Numbered from the stretch's first letter, positions 9,591 through 20,180 are shown. The stretch: 64,000 nt of DNA from Anaerohalosphaeraceae bacterium (GCA_963675525.2 CAXXSL010000016.1:384001-448000), one strand, 5' to 3'. A program made the numbers and translations. The notes: generated by a model not told the origin, from the sequence alone.

Positions 9591-10805
9591 ATGTGGGAAT
9601 TGATAAAGATTAATAAGCGCAATTCTGTGCTGCTGCTCGGCGCAATGGGAAGCGTTCTGCTTATTTTGGGGTTTGTGTTGGGCTTGTTGTTCGGCGGACC
9701 GGAGGCGGGCTTGATCGGAATGCTGATTGCCACGGGCGTGTGGCTGTTCATGATGCTGATCAGCCTGTCCAGCGGCGACCAGATCATGCTGGCCGCCAGC
9801 AAAGCCGTACCGGTCACACACGATGTGCATCCGGTGCTGTTCAACGTGGTCGAGGAAATGAAGATCGCTGCGAATCTGCCGAAAATGCCCAAAATTTACA
9901 TCATCAATGACCCGGCTCCGAATGCCTTCGCCACAGGGCGCAGCCCGGAAACCGCCTCGATCGCCGTTACCGCCGGGCTTTTGGCCAAGCTGGATCGGGA
10001 CGAACTGCAAGGCGTTGTCGCACACGAAATGAGTCATATTATTCATCGGGATATTCTGTTTGTGACACTGGCGGGGGTTATGCTGGGCAGTATCGTGCTC
10101 ATCAGTCACATTTTTCTCCGCAGTATGTTTTACAGTTCGCTCGGTTCCCGGCGGCGTTATTCCTCCAGCTCTTCGAACCAGGGCGCCGCCCAACTGGTCA
10201 TGATCGTTGTCGCCATTCTGTTCGCGATTCTGGCGCCGATCTTCGCACAGATCCTGTATTTTGCGTTGTCACGCAAGCGAGAGTATCTCGCCGATGCGGG
10301 AGCGGTTCGGCTGACACGCTATCCGGCGGGACTGGCCGGAGCGCTGGAAAAAATCGGCGGCAGCAATATCAATATGGAAACAGCCAATAAAGTAACGGCC
10401 CCGATGTATATCGCCAACCCGTTTCGCGGTAAAAAAAAGGTCAATCTCTACAGTACTCACCCGCCGATTGAAGAACGCATCCGTATCCTGCGAAATATGA
10501 CACACGGAGCGGCGTATGCGAACTATGAAAAATCATACGAGGAAGTCACAAAACGCTCGCCGGTGGTTCCGACTTCGGCGCTGATACCGGAAGAGGTGAC
10601 CATTCGGCAGGCAACGACGGAATCCAAATCGACACAAACGGCCAAACAGCAGGCACGGCAGGTCGGTGATCTCATGCGGCAGGTCAGCCAGTTTGCGTTT
10701 GTAACCTGTGCCTGCGGACTGACCATGAAAATCCCTCCGAACTACAACGGCGACAAAGTCCAGTGCCCTCGCTGTAAAAAATTCTCCTCCATCTCAAAAC
10801 AATAA
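9591..10805 (+). CDS. htpX: HtpX-like M48 zinc metalloprotease with a C-terminal zinc ribbon
   Basis: PNAFATG, GVVAHEMSH (HExxH), SRKREYLADA, STHPPIEERI; terminal CACG...CPRC. Confidence 0.9.
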   Translation: MWELIKINKRNSVLLLGAMGSVLLILGFVLGLLFGGPEAGLIGMLIATGVWLFMMLISLSSGDQIMLAASKAVPVTHDVHPVLFNVVEEMKIAANLPKMPKIYIINDPAPNAFATGRSPETASIAVTAGLLAKLDRDELQGVVAHEMSHIIHRDILFVTLAGVMLGSIVLISHIFLRSMFYSSLGSRRRYSSSSSNQGAAQLVMIVVAILFAILAPIFAQILYFALSRKREYLADAGAVRLTRYPAGLAGALEKIGGSNINMETANKVTAPMYIANPFRGKKKVNLYSTHPPIEERIRILRNMTHGAAYANYEKSYEEVTKRSPVVPTSALIPEEVTIRQATTESKSTQTAKQQARQVGDLMRQVSQFAFVTCACGLTMKIPPNYNGDKVQCPRCKKFSSISKQ

Positions 10806-10832
10806 AAAAGCCCAACTCAAGGTTGGGCTTTT
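10804..10832. terminator. Bidirectional terminator
   Basis: aaaagcccaac-tcaag-gttgggctttt between convergent genes. Confidence 0.8.
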
Positions 10833-10865
10833 GAAATACGAATAACATTAGATAACGCAATTTTT

Positions 10866-11507
10866 TTACCGCATGACCCAGTTGCGCTCGATCTCTTTCA
10901 TCACGGCCTGGGCTCGGAACGCTTCATCGCCGGCAACCGCAAACTTGAGTTGAAGGCTTTTCCGCAGAAAGATTTTTTGGGGATCGCCCTGCTCATCCTT
11001 CAATTGCGGATGTTCAACAACAGCCGTCTCATTGCTCAGGCCTGCAATAAAAAGGCTGACCGCCTTTGCCTTAAGGTCAAAGTCGGGCCAAATGATCGCG
11101 TAGTCCCGCGTGTTGTCCTGACCCCGAAAGATGCGGCGATCCGCAAAATCCAGAGACTCTAAAAATGGAAAACTCCCCTGGTGTTTGAGTTTAATCACTT
11201 CAAAGACCGATTTTTGAACCGTTTTGTCGGCGGCAATAACTTCAAACGTGTCCGTTATCAACTCGCAAACAGGGTAAAATGAAACTTCATCAAAAGCACT
11301 CTGATTCGTCACCGTCAAAATGGTGTACCAAAACCGCTGCGGTTCTCCTGTCTGGTCCATGCGAAGGGTGATTTGTTGGGGTTGTGAATAAGTAACCGTT
11401 AACGTCCATTGGTCCATGGACTGAACCACGGCCGGCGTAGGATAGGCCGCAAACGCCGAAACAGTACCTAAAACAACTATAACACTGCAAAGAATTCCTG
11501 TTTTCAT
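10866..11507 (-). CDS. Secreted hypothetical protein
   Basis: 213 aa, signal peptide (..SAFAA), AAGGA RBS. Confidence 0.75.
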   Translation of the reverse strand: MKTGILCSVIVVLGTVSAFAAYPTPAVVQSMDQWTLTVTYSQPQQITLRMDQTGEPQRFWYTILTVTNQSAFDEVSFYPVCELITDTFEVIAADKTVQKSVFEVIKLKHQGSFPFLESLDFADRRIFRGQDNTRDYAIIWPDFDLKAKAVSLFIAGLSNETAVVEHPQLKDEQGDPQKIFLRKSLQLKFAVAGDEAFRAQAVMKEIERNWVMR

Positions 11508-11671
11508 CGAAAATATCCTTTATTTATGATTGCCAGATAACTTAAGTGTGGTACATTTTACTCAAGAATCTACAACAGGTAAAGAAATTTCTTGGACACC
11601 GGAAACTTCTGCTCATTCAGGACCTCCTGTTGTGGCGTTCTGCAGGAAACACGACCCCAAAATCGGAAAAG

Positions 11672-13141
11672 ATGTCAAATATGGCTGAAGAACAAAAAAT
11701 CCTACTTGAGCAGGTCAAACAGCTCCTTTCGATACAAGACAGAGAGCGTCTTCATGCCCTGCTAAGTGGACAGCGAACAAGTCATATTGCCGAGATTGTA
11801 GAAATTCTGGACCCGGAAGATTGCATTATTGTCTTCAATTGCCTTGATAAATCCGACGCCGCAGACGTTTTCGAAAAAGTCGATGAGGCTACCCGGTCAG
11901 AACTGTTTGAACATCTCGAAGATGATGAGTTGATCGATTTGATCTCGGAACTGGACCCGGATGAAGCTGCCGACGTTTTAGCTGAACTGGATAAGAAAGA
12001 AAGTCTCGAGGTTCTTGAACAACTTGACTCTGAAGAGGCCGAGCAGATCAAAGAACTGATGGTTTATTCAGAGGATTCTGCCGGCGGTATCATGGACCCG
12101 GTGGTTCTGTCTGTAACCGAGGACGCAACCGTCAATCAAGCCATTCAGCGAATCCAGGAAGCCGAAGTGGATGAGGATTTTTACAGTGTCTTTGTGATTG
12201 ATCGAAACGGACGTTTTCTCGGAGATGTCCGTATTCGCCTTCTCATCACACATAAAGGCGAACATAAAATTAAAGAGCTGATCGACACCGACACCCTGTT
12301 TGTCAATGTGGACGATGACCAGGAAGATATCTATAACTTATTTAAAAAGAATGAGTTAATCGTTGCCCCCGTATTGGATAAAAACCACCGGCTCGTTGGG
12401 CGTATTACCGCCAACCGGGTTATCGAAGTCGCCGAAGAAGAAGCGGCTGAGGACTTGTATGCGATGGCGGGTACGGATGCGGCAGAACTTGAAACGGTTT
12501 CTGTTTTCAATGCCGCCCGCATTCGCATGACCTGGCTTCTGCCCTGTTTGGCTGGCACGGCAATTACCGCAATGGTCGGTTTCTTTTTCAAATCCTGGTT
12601 TAACGCAGAGGGACAATTGCACCTTTTCTTTGTCGCGTTTTTGTTTGCGCCCATGATCGCCGCCATCAGCGGAAACGCCGGTCTTCAAACATCGGCCATT
12701 GTTATCTGTGGTTTGGCGACGGGCGACCTGGCGGCTTTGAAATTGACACAGGTATTTATGCGAGAGGCTCGAATCGCCCTTCTGGTTGCTTTGTGCTGCG
12801 GGTTGATTGGCGGATTGATATGTTCTGTCCTGCCCAATTTTTTTGATCGTCATACAGACACCAACATCGTGTCCGAACAACACATTCAGCAAACCGAAGT
12901 TCAGGGGGCCTCTGATATTCCAACCTTGGAGACCAATCAGTATGTGCGCATTGCTATTGCTTTCGGTTTTGCCATGTTTTCGGCGATTATGGTATCGACA
13001 ACACTTGGTTTATTCTTACCCTTTGTGTTCCGGCGGATCGGACTGGACCCTGCAATCAGTTCGGGACCGTTAGTCACCACAGCCAATGATTCGATTAGCG
13101 TCACAATCTACCTTTTTTTAACCATGCTTTTGACGATTTGA
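11672..13141 (+). CDS. mgtE: Magnesium transporter MgtE
   Basis: Acidic N domain, YSEDSAGGIM + CBS pair, RMTWLL, PMIAAISGNAG, LDPAISSGPLVTTAND. Confidence 0.93.
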   Translation: MSNMAEEQKILLEQVKQLLSIQDRERLHALLSGQRTSHIAEIVEILDPEDCIIVFNCLDKSDAADVFEKVDEATRSELFEHLEDDELIDLISELDPDEAADVLAELDKKESLEVLEQLDSEEAEQIKELMVYSEDSAGGIMDPVVLSVTEDATVNQAIQRIQEAEVDEDFYSVFVIDRNGRFLGDVRIRLLITHKGEHKIKELIDTDTLFVNVDDDQEDIYNLFKKNELIVAPVLDKNHRLVGRITANRVIEVAEEEAAEDLYAMAGTDAAELETVSVFNAARIRMTWLLPCLAGTAITAMVGFFFKSWFNAEGQLHLFFVAFLFAPMIAAISGNAGLQTSAIVICGLATGDLAALKLTQVFMREARIALLVALCCGLIGGLICSVLPNFFDRHTDTNIVSEQHIQQTEVQGASDIPTLETNQYVRIAIAFGFAMFSAIMVSTTLGLFLPFVFRRIGLDPAISSGPLVTTANDSISVTIYLFLTMLLTI

Positions 13142-13224
13142 ATTTCACTCTTGGATTGAGTTGATTTAAGGGCTTTTATTACTTTAATCCAAGAGACTGT
13201 TTTCCGAAAAGGTCAATCTGGTCG

Positions 13225-13254
13225 TTGACATTTTGTTAAAAAAAAGCGTATAAT
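13225..13254 (+). promoter_or_regulatory. Sigma70-type promoter of the pilT locus
   Basis: TTGACA-N18-TATAAT; the spacer contains an A8 tract. Confidence 0.65.
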
Positions 13255-13359
13255 ATTATATTTAGATGTTTTGACTCGGATTCTGTCTGGGGCAAGGAAG
13301 TCTTTTATTTAAAATAAGTTACGGCCTTATCGATTAATTTATAAAAACCGGAGTTTGTT

Positions 13360-14496
13360 ATGAAAAATCAACCTTTGGATACGCATATTGCGGTTGACGT
13401 CAAAAATCCGCCTGGAATCGAAAAACTTTTTCGCGCTGTTATCAAAGCCGATGCCAGTGATTTGCACTTAAAAGTTGGTATTCCGCCAAAAATACGAATT
13501 CACAGTAAGCTCAAAAATACAACGGGGGAACCTCTCTCTGAAGAAAAAATTGAAGAGATGGTTTTCGAAATCATGAGCGAAGACCAGAAGAAGTTCTTTA
13601 TGCAGAATGGAGCGCTGGACTTTGCCTACTCCGTCGGTGAGATGGATCGCTTTCGAATTAATGTGTTTCGCCAGCGAAGCCATGTCAGCATGGCTGCACG
13701 TCGAATCAGCGGACGTATCCCGCCGTTTGAGGCACTGCATGTTCCTCCCGTCGTTGAGAAAATCGCCGAAAGTCACGATGGATTAATCCTGGTCACCGGT
13801 CCGACCGGTTCCGGAAAAAGTACCACCATTGCCTCCATGATTGATCACATTAATCGTAACCGCGCCTGCCATATCATCACTGTCGAGGATCCCATCGAAT
13901 TTCTCCACGTTGATAAAAAGGCAATCGTCTCACAGCGTGAGGTGGGTATCGACGTGCCCAATTTTGATGATGCTCTTAGGAGTTTGATGCGTCAGGACCC
14001 CGACGTGGTACTCGTCGGAGAAATCCGAGATCATGAAACTCTGACTGCAGCCATGAAGGCGGCTGAAACCGGTCACCTCGTATTTGGAACACTGCACTCC
14101 AATAACTGTGCCCAAACCATTCAGCGTATCCTGGATATGTTCCCGCAGGAAGAGCGTGAACTGACACGTCAGACCTTTGCGATGACCATTCGTGCGGTCA
14201 TCAGTCAGAATTTGCTGCCGGGTATTCGCCCGGATGTAAAACGACTGCCTGCAATTGAGATTATGCTGAATACGCCCATTATTCAAAAATTGATCAGCGA
14301 TGAACGCGAAACCGATATCCCATCGGCCATTCGTGCCAGTCAGAGCGAAGGCATGCAGGACTTTACTGAAAGCCTCCGCAAACTTGTCGAAGAGGAATTC
14401 ATTGATTTGAAAGTTGCATTGGAATATGCTCCAAATGTTGAAGAACTGAAAATGGCGCTGAAGGGGATTCGATCTTCCTCCAGCGGCATTCTTTAA
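13360..14496 (+). CDS. pilT: PilT/PilU-family type IV pilus retraction ATPase
   Basis: ASDLHLKVG, GPTGSGKSTT, TVEDPIE, RQDPDVVLVGEIRD, AAETGHLVFGTLH. Confidence 0.93.
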   Translation: MKNQPLDTHIAVDVKNPPGIEKLFRAVIKADASDLHLKVGIPPKIRIHSKLKNTTGEPLSEEKIEEMVFEIMSEDQKKFFMQNGALDFAYSVGEMDRFRINVFRQRSHVSMAARRISGRIPPFEALHVPPVVEKIAESHDGLILVTGPTGSGKSTTIASMIDHINRNRACHIITVEDPIEFLHVDKKAIVSQREVGIDVPNFDDALRSLMRQDPDVVLVGEIRDHETLTAAMKAAETGHLVFGTLHSNNCAQTIQRILDMFPQEERELTRQTFAMTIRAVISQNLLPGIRPDVKRLPAIEIMLNTPIIQKLISDERETDIPSAIRASQSEGMQDFTESLRKLVEEEFIDLKVALEYAPNVEELKMALKGIRSSSSGIL

Positions 14497-14533
14497 ACCG
14501 ACCCCTGAACGTCCAAGTAGGGAGAACCATTTA

Positions 14534-16171
14534 ATGCCAAACGATTTACTTGCTGCCATTGAATACGGTGGATATATTTCCATATGGAAATTCTTATTGT
14601 TTTTCATTTCTTTTTTCAGCTGGATGCCACTGGTGAACTGGGTATATCTTGACACTCAGGCTGTTCGCACTAATGGGTTTACGTGGACACTTGCCATTCT
14701 GTGTACCGGTTTCATTTCTTTGCTCGTTTGGCTTTTAGTCCCTGTATTTTTTATTGGTCTGCTTATTTTCCTGATCGCAACCGGTAGTGTTTCAATCGCT
14801 TATGTGATGCATCGGAATGCTCGCGTGGCCGATTTTGAAAAGGTTCTTACTGCCGACCATCTCCGGGGATTATTCGCCGATCCGATCAAAAAAATCGAAA
14901 AAGCCAGCCACGGTATTCGGTTTATCACCAGCAATGAAAATGAAGTTCCGCTGCCCGAGCCGAAAAGCAAGGAACTGGAAGGTTTTTCCATCAGTTGCGA
15001 ATTGATTGATGACGCCGTTTGGCACCGTGCAGATGAAGTTCAGTTTATTCCCCAAAAAGAAGACTATATGATCATTTACACCATCGACGGCGTCGCCTGC
15101 AAACAGGACCCCCGGTCTCGGGAGGAAGTCGACAGTTTTGTTTATTATGCCAAACAACTGGCTGGTCTGGAAGTCGAGGAAAAACGGAAACCTCAGCATG
15201 GACGCTTCAAAGCCATCCTTGAAAATGACGACAAAACACAGTGGGAAGTAATCACATCCGGTTCAACTGTCGGAGAAAAGATCAAGCTTGAAAAAGTCTC
15301 TGCCCTGTCATCCCGAAAGATCGATGACCTCGGCCTGAACGACAATCAAATCGAGTCCATTCGAACCCTGCGTGACATTAAAAGCGGACTGATTATCATC
15401 TCCGGGCCCAAAAAGAGCGGGGTCACCACAACCCTTTACACACTTTTGGGACACCATGACCCATTTCTCAATAATATTAACACGCTGGAAAAGAATCCGG
15501 CAACTGAACTTACCAACATTACACAATTTACTTATACACTTAGCGATACCGGTACCACCACCTATGCCAGACGTTTCCAGTCGATTCTGCGGAAAGGGCC
15601 GGATATCGTGGGGGTGGCCGATTGCGAAGACTCGCAGACCGCCAAGTTGGCTGCAGCCGCTGCCAATGACGGAAAGATCGTCTATGTGGCTATGGAGGCC
15701 ACCAGCGTCAATCAGGCAACCGAAAAATTTCTCAAATTCATTGGCGACAATAACCTGCTGGCCGATACGCTCTGCGCCGTTTTGAATCAACGGCTGGTAC
15801 GCACACTCTGTGACGAATGCCGTCAGGCATATCAACCAAATCCCGGATTGTTTAAAAAGTTTAATATCCCCGCAGACGAGGTCAGGACCTTTTATCGTCC
15901 CGGCGAAATCGAATACAATAAACACGGCAAACCGATCGTTTGCGAAAAATGCCAGGGCTCCGGTTTTTACGGAAGAACGGGACTGTTTGAGACGATCCGG
16001 ATTAGCGATGATCTCCGCGAAACAATCCGAAACGCAAAAACAAACCAGGAAATTGCAACGGCCTTTCGAAAGGCCGGAATGCTTTATATGCAGGAACAAT
16101 CAATTAAAAAAGTTGCTTACAGCATTACCTCGATCAACGAAGTAATCCGAAACTTTTCAGAAAAAGCCTAA
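14534..16171 (+). CDS. Membrane-anchored GspE/PilB-like protein with degenerate ATPase motifs
   Basis: About 3 N-terminal TM helices; EKRKPQHGRF; Walker A GPKKSGVTTT; QRLVRTLCDEC...CEKCQGSGFYGRTGLFE. Confidence 0.8.
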   Translation: MPNDLLAAIEYGGYISIWKFLLFFISFFSWMPLVNWVYLDTQAVRTNGFTWTLAILCTGFISLLVWLLVPVFFIGLLIFLIATGSVSIAYVMHRNARVADFEKVLTADHLRGLFADPIKKIEKASHGIRFITSNENEVPLPEPKSKELEGFSISCELIDDAVWHRADEVQFIPQKEDYMIIYTIDGVACKQDPRSREEVDSFVYYAKQLAGLEVEEKRKPQHGRFKAILENDDKTQWEVITSGSTVGEKIKLEKVSALSSRKIDDLGLNDNQIESIRTLRDIKSGLIIISGPKKSGVTTTLYTLLGHHDPFLNNINTLEKNPATELTNITQFTYTLSDTGTTTYARRFQSILRKGPDIVGVADCEDSQTAKLAAAAANDGKIVYVAMEATSVNQATEKFLKFIGDNNLLADTLCAVLNQRLVRTLCDECRQAYQPNPGLFKKFNIPADEVRTFYRPGEIEYNKHGKPIVCEKCQGSGFYGRTGLFETIRISDDLRETIRNAKTNQEIATAFRKAGMLYMQEQSIKKVAYSITSINEVIRNFSEKA

Positions 16172-16184
16172 ACAGGAGTGTAAT

Positions 16185-17286
16185 ATGACGACCGCAATTG
16201 TAATTCTGGTGGTGCTGCTGACACTGATTTACTTTTATTTAAAGTGCCCCATTATGACTTCATTTTCAACCATGATGGTAGTTATCTTTGCCTCGATCGT
16301 TTCCTTAAGTCACTATGAGATGCTGGCTGAACTATTTATCTCCCGGGGCTATGGTGTGGAGTGGGCGCATGCGGTTTGTTTTATCCTTGTTTTCATCTTG
16401 AGTTTTGCACTGTTGCGAGCCTTAAGAGATCTGTTGGTCGGCGGCACAACCATCGATTTAGGGAACCCGACCAAAATCATTACCGCCATTGTTTGTGGGC
16501 TGCTGACCGGAATGCTCATTTCCGGCAATCTCCTGGTGGCGATCGGGTTGATCCCGATGCAAAGCAAATACCTTGACGGCCGATATGCTCCCTATAACAG
16601 GATCCCGGTCGAGGGAGTTGAAAAATCATTTCTGAACACGGACGGACTTGTCGTAAGATTGTATAGCTTGGTCAGTCGCGGCTCTATGAAATCAAGCAAG
16701 AGTTTTGACGTCCTTCACGCTGACTATCTGTCACAGATTCATAACAATCGAGCCAAAGTCAATGAAAAAATCCTGGCGGTCACATCAACAACATCCTTAA
16801 GTTTGCCTTCGGGCAAAAATAAACATCCTATCCGTCTCTGGGAAAGTCCCGATAAAGACAAACTAACAATTGTCCGCATCGGAATCGTTTCCAAAAGCAT
16901 CCAATCCGGCGGTGCGGGCAACCCGGCCAACAGCAACAATATCGAATTTTTCCCGGCACAGGTTCGGATGATATGTAAATCAGAAAAATCATCCCCGGAC
17001 AGCCGCAAAAAACCATTATCGGGCACCGGGAAGGTTTTTTTTGCCGATCGGGTTATTTCGGCAAGGCAAGTTGGTTGATGTGAAACGCGATGAAATCCTT
17101 TCGTTTGGCGGCAGGGAAGCCAAAGACGGCGTTGTCTGGCTGGACCTTGTGTTTAATGTGCCCAGTAGTTACAATGGTGTTCTCCTGCAATTTAAGCAAA
17201 ATGCGTTAATTGAGCTTCCCGCGGCGGTACCTTATTCCGAAGAAAATGAAAAAATTCTGAACGGCGAAGAGGAAAAAAACTCTTAG
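16185..17286 (+). pseudogene. CvpA-like membrane protein split by a +1 frameshift in a T8 run (or a sequencing indel)
   Basis: ORF 16185-17078 (4 TM helices, AGGAG RBS) overlaps ORF 17041-17286; removing one T from 17035-17042 fuses them (..GKVFLPIGLFRQGK..). Confidence 0.65.
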
Positions 17287-17398
17287 AGGTGAAATACTGA
17301 TCCTGCTCTTAAATCAGGTGAAAATCGGCTGTCTGGTTTTCACCTGTTTGTTTTGAGGAACGCCTCCTTCCACTTTTTTTGAAATATCGGGGACCTGA

Positions 17399-17548
17399 TC
17401 ATGCGCAAAGTGCCACTTCTTCCAGATCAACTTCCATAAGGTGTTCCAGGTATAGGTCAAGTTCTTCACAAGAAAACTGTTCGAGAAATTCCGACTTGGC
17501 ACTCTTGTTCAGATCCATAATACAATCGATTATTTCATACTTGCTCAT
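17399..17548 (-). CDS. Small acidic hypothetical protein (49 aa)
   Basis: MSKYEIIDCIMDLNKSAKSEFLEQFSCEELDLYLEHL...; GGGAG RBS upstream of ATG 17548. Confidence 0.6.
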   Translation of the reverse strand: MSKYEIIDCIMDLNKSAKSEFLEQFSCEELDLYLEHLMEVDLEEVALCA

Positions 17549-17850
17549 CCCTGTACTCCCAAAAATGCGTTCCCTGTTCATTCGATGTTAGAGAGGATAT
17601 CGGACATTCATCAATTTTTTCTTGAATCAACGTATCAGGGCATCTGCGCGTTATGAAATAGATTTGGCACTATATGTGTAATCGGAACCCAAAAAATACA
17701 CCGTATCTATGAATTCATTTTCTCGGACGTAAAAACGTCCAATAATAAGCCCTTGCTGTTCCCAAAAGTCGCTTTATTTTTTTTGAAAAATCAAAAAATA
17801 TGGTATATTCTTTTTTTAGATCGACTTCTTTGTACTGAACGAATCCCATT

Positions 17851-18879
17851 ATGGATATATTTGATGACAGCCTGTTCAATCGTCGCCGAAACCGGCATCA
17901 GTCTAAACTGAAACGCTGGCGCTATGCCGGATTAATGCTGACCTATCGCTGTTCAGCGACCTGTCGATTCTGCTATTATTACTGTACTCCGCAGGCTGGC
18001 GGACTGATGACCGCAGAAACCGCAATTAACGCCTGGGAAGGTCTGATTCGTTTGGCCGGACGAGAAGCGAGGGTGCATATCACCGGCGGCGAACCGTTCC
18101 TGTATTTTGACCGACTCGTAGAAATATTACAGCAGGCGCACCGTCTGAAACTGACACCAGTCGATTCAGTCGAAACCAATGCCTCATGGGGAACACATTC
18201 GGGGCAAATCACAGATAAACTCAGACAACTCGACGCGCTGGGGATGAATCGATTAAAAATTAGCTGGGACCCTTTCCATGAGGAATTTATCGATATTCAA
18301 TCAGTCCGTGACCTGGTATCAGCCGCTCGATCGGTTCTCGGACCCGATCGCGTTCTGGTCCGCTGGGAAAAACATTTGGAAGCCCCCTCCGGCATTCGAG
18401 GCAAAACCGAGCCGGAAAAGCAGCGTATCCTGCAAGAGGCCCTGGTTACCGACCCTTGCCGATTGACCGGTCGGGCCGCAGATAGTGTAGCGACACTGGC
18501 CCCGGCCTACCCCGTCGAGCATTTTATGAAAAAAAATTGCCAAAATGCCCTCTTATCTGCCAAAGGCGTACATATTGACCCTTACGGAAACGTCTTCAAC
18601 GGTCAATGCAGCGGAATGCTCGTAGGTAATATCGCTCGTACCCCTTTGGATGTCTTGTGGCAGCAGTTCGAGCCGGATATAAGCAATTTCTGGAAAGTAC
18701 TGTATCATGACGGCCCCTGCGGCTTTTTAGAGCAGGCCGGTAATTGGGGCTATTCCCCCTTGCTGCAATACGCCTCAAAATGTCATCTTTGCGCCAACAT
18801 TCGGCGTTTTTTCTTTGACAAAAGGTGTTTTCCATCGATAATTAATCCGGCAGACTGTTATGGCAAGCATCAATCTTAG
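17851..18879 (+). CDS. Radical SAM protein with a SPASM/twitch-like C-terminus
   Basis: CSATCRFC, ITGGEPF, VETNASW, C...HIDPYGNV...C, CHLC. Confidence 0.9.
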   Translation: MDIFDDSLFNRRRNRHQSKLKRWRYAGLMLTYRCSATCRFCYYYCTPQAGGLMTAETAINAWEGLIRLAGREARVHITGGEPFLYFDRLVEILQQAHRLKLTPVDSVETNASWGTHSGQITDKLRQLDALGMNRLKISWDPFHEEFIDIQSVRDLVSAARSVLGPDRVLVRWEKHLEAPSGIRGKTEPEKQRILQEALVTDPCRLTGRAADSVATLAPAYPVEHFMKKNCQNALLSAKGVHIDPYGNVFNGQCSGMLVGNIARTPLDVLWQQFEPDISNFWKVLYHDGPCGFLEQAGNWGYSPLLQYASKCHLCANIRRFFFDKRCFPSIINPADCYGKHQS

Positions 18880-18893
18880 TTTGGAAAAATTCC

Positions 18894-20132
18894 TTGTCCG
18901 GCAATGAAACAACAAATTTTGATACTATCCTTGGACGTATGGCCGTCGAACAACGGTTATGCACCGAAGAAGAAATTCACTTCTGCAAAGAAGAGCAAAA
19001 AAAACGCGCCTCTGAAAATCCCGCAACCCTGGAACAGTTACTTCTGGAGAACCGGTTCCTCACAAAAACACAGGCCCTAAGAGTCCGCGATGCGATCCGT
19101 GAGAGCAAAGACTCCTCCGGGCAGATCCCCGGCTACAAGGTCCTCGGCAAGTTGGGCTCTGGGGCGATGGCGGTGGTTTACAAAGCCAAGCAGTTATCGC
19201 TCGACCGCGTGGTAGCCATTAAAGTCCTGCCGAAGAAATTCGTTCAAAAATCCGATTACGTCGAACGATTCTATAAAGAAGGACGCATCGCCGCCAAGCT
19301 GAATCACAATAATATCGTTCAGGCCATTGACGTGGGCGAAGTCGGCGGGTTGTACTATTTCGTGATGGAATACGTCGAAGGCAAAACATTGTACGACGAT
19401 TTGTCAAAAGGCAAGATATTTGATGAATCCGAAGCCCTCGAGATCATCCTGCAGCTTTCAAATGCGCTGTCGCACGCTCATTCGCTGGGCCTGATCCACC
19501 GCGACGTCAAACCCAAAAACATCATGATCAACAAAGACGGCGTCGTAAAGCTGGCCGACATGGGGTTGGCTCGCGAAACATCCGACATCAAAGCCGCCAA
19601 GCACGAACAGGGAAAGGCTTTCGGAACGCCGTATTATATCGCTCCTGAACAAATCCGCGGCTTAGTCGATATCGACGGACGGGCAGATATTTACGCCCTG
19701 GGGGCCACCTTATTCCACATGGTGACCGGCCGGGTGCCGTTCGAGGCCAATACACCTTCAGAGGTCATGAAAAAACATCTGAAAGAGCCATTGATCCCGC
19801 CGGACCACATAAATACAGCTCTGTCGGCAGGCATTTCGGAAGTCGTTGAAGTCATGATGGCAAAGGATCGCGATGAACGTTACAAAACCATGGACGAGGC
19901 GCTCACCGATCTTGAGGCGGTTTACAACGGCCATCCGCCGCTGCTGGCCAGGCAGAAATTCGATATGGAATCTCTCGAAGAGCTCGAAGAAGGAATGGCC
20001 GTTGATACACAAGCCGTGAAAATGAATGCGCAAGCGCAAGAATTGGTCACAAAATACAAAGTAGCGATCGGTATTCTGATTGGAGTTTCTTTCATTCTCG
20101 GGCTGTTGCTGATTATGCAGGTAATGTGGTGA
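18894..20132 (+). CDS. Hanks-type Ser/Thr protein kinase with a C-terminal TM helix
   Basis: LGSGAMAVVY, VAIK, HRDVKPKN, DMG, GTPYYIAPE. Confidence 0.95.
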   Translation: MSGNETTNFDTILGRMAVEQRLCTEEEIHFCKEEQKKRASENPATLEQLLLENRFLTKTQALRVRDAIRESKDSSGQIPGYKVLGKLGSGAMAVVYKAKQLSLDRVVAIKVLPKKFVQKSDYVERFYKEGRIAAKLNHNNIVQAIDVGEVGGLYYFVMEYVEGKTLYDDLSKGKIFDESEALEIILQLSNALSHAHSLGLIHRDVKPKNIMINKDGVVKLADMGLARETSDIKAAKHEQGKAFGTPYYIAPEQIRGLVDIDGRADIYALGATLFHMVTGRVPFEANTPSEVMKKHLKEPLIPPDHINTALSAGISEVVEVMMAKDRDERYKTMDEALTDLEAVYNGHPPLLARQKFDMESLEELEEGMAVDTQAVKMNAQAQELVTKYKVAIGILIGVSFILGLLLIMQVMW

Positions 20133-20180
20133 CCATTGGTCACTAAAATCACTTATTTCCGGCCGACATAGGGACAATCC

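Noticed and set aside
17399..18879. RiPP cluster (small peptide + radical SAM/SPASM)
   Set aside because: The peptide gene is divergent, looks like a helical protein rather than a precursor, and no RRE or transporter is present
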